Assembly: GCA_965178125.1 (NCBI GenBank)
Contig: OZ237763.1
Location: forward strand, 744,001-808,000
DNA from: Bilabrum cf. latius
Lineage: Eukaryota
Reading direction: 5' to 3'
Length of the DNA: 64,000 nucleotides
In this document: one piece after another, positions 63,546 through 64,000 of the stretch
Position numbering within the stretch: the stretch's first letter is position 1
Layout: every line of letters begins with the position of its first letter
Notes under the pieces: model-generated
The model's input: the letters and a program-made list of their open reading frames with translations, nothing else
Databases searched by the model: none
Told to the model about the DNA's origin: nothing
Position numbers and translations under genes: made by a program

Positions 63546-63706
63546 CGGGGCATCCCAGATGCGATGGAGGGCTGCACATGCAGGACCTGCAAGGAGTAGC
63601 TGCACTGATGTTGCGATGACGGGGCATCCCAGATGCGATGGAGGGCTGCACATGCAGGACCTGCGAGGAGTAGCTGCACTGATGTTGCGATGACGGGGCA
63701 TCCCAG
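63483..63706 (+). repeat. 3 x 74-bp tandem repeat spanning the stop codon of the lipase gene
   Basis: Units start at 63483, 63557 and 63631 (AGATGCGATGGAGGGCTGCACATGCAGG...GATGACGGGGCATCCC); one substitution in copy 3. Confidence 0.92.
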
Positions 63707-63755
63707 CTCCAAGTTTGTCATTCGATGTCGGTTCGATTCATTTCAAGCAAGGGGT

Positions 63756-64000
63756 TTACTTCTTTTTCCCCTTCCCCTTCCCTTTCCCTTTCCCGCCAGC
63801 CCCACCCGCTGCACTCGTATCCGCCTGCAGCCCAGCATCCGCCCCTGGAGGCGCCTCCCCTGCCTGCAGATAGAAGATCCAGGGGGGCAGCCCCGCCCCC
63901 TCTCGCCCAGTAGCCCGAACCAACAGCTTACTGCTGGCCTCAGCCCGCCCCGCCCGCTGTGCCTCCTCGGCTCTCTCCGAGCAGCTCACCTCGATCCCCG
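63756..64000 (-). CDS. 3' end of a gene entering from the right edge; possibly HYDIN-like C-terminus
   Basis: Open frame ...SSKLLVRAT...PPWIFYLQAGE...GKGKGKGKGKKK-TAA. The KLxV...WxxYL pattern only loosely resembles the HYDIN C-terminus. Confidence 0.5.
   Translation of the reverse strand, partial: GIEVSCSERAEEAQRAGRAEASSKLLVRATGREGAGLPPWIFYLQAGEAPPGADAGLQADTSAAGGAGGKGKGKGKGKKK

Noticed and set aside
1-64000. Mass pseudogenisation, or C-to-T hypermutation or sequencing error, as the source of internal stops
   Set aside because: Such processes should also create in-frame TAA (from CAA), TGA (from CGA) and frameshifts. Only TAG occurs, frames stay intact over 6-9 kb, and catalytic motifs in TDO and the kinase are preserved.

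Overview
GC-rich, very gene-dense, intron-poor eukaryotic nuclear DNA from a flagellated organism (it encodes CFAP221/PCDP1). The style resembles heterotrophic stramenopile flagellates such as Cafeteria-like bicosoecids, but that taxonomy is inference only. The main result is a non-standard nuclear genetic code: TAG is a sense codon, most likely Gln, while TAA and TGA remain stops. The supplied standard-code ORF track is therefore fragmented. Reading TAG as Q joins the fragments into 20 non-overlapping genes that tile roughly 90% of the window, with 100-550 bp spacers and more than 100 in-frame TAGs (manual count about 115). I found no in-frame TAA or TGA in these models, and every observed gene end is TGA (15) or TAA (4). 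In tryptophan 2,3-dioxygenase, TAG occupies conserved Gln positions. Recognisable products: DUF707 protein, TRAP-gamma-like protein, an ASCH-associated conserved domain protein, a degenerate UPF1-like SF1 helicase with an 18x54-bp coding minisatellite, a SAP/NOL7-like protein, a Greatwall/MAST-like AGC kinase with a ~1000-aa insert, a PKA regulatory subunit, a ~3000-aa DENN protein, a minisatellite-type C2H2 zinc-finger protein, TDO, CFAP221 and a DUF676 lipase. A ~21-bp quasi-palindromic motif (GGTGCAnnGCACGGTGGTGC) recurs inside several unrelated coding sequences. Family assignments come from motif recognition, not database searches.
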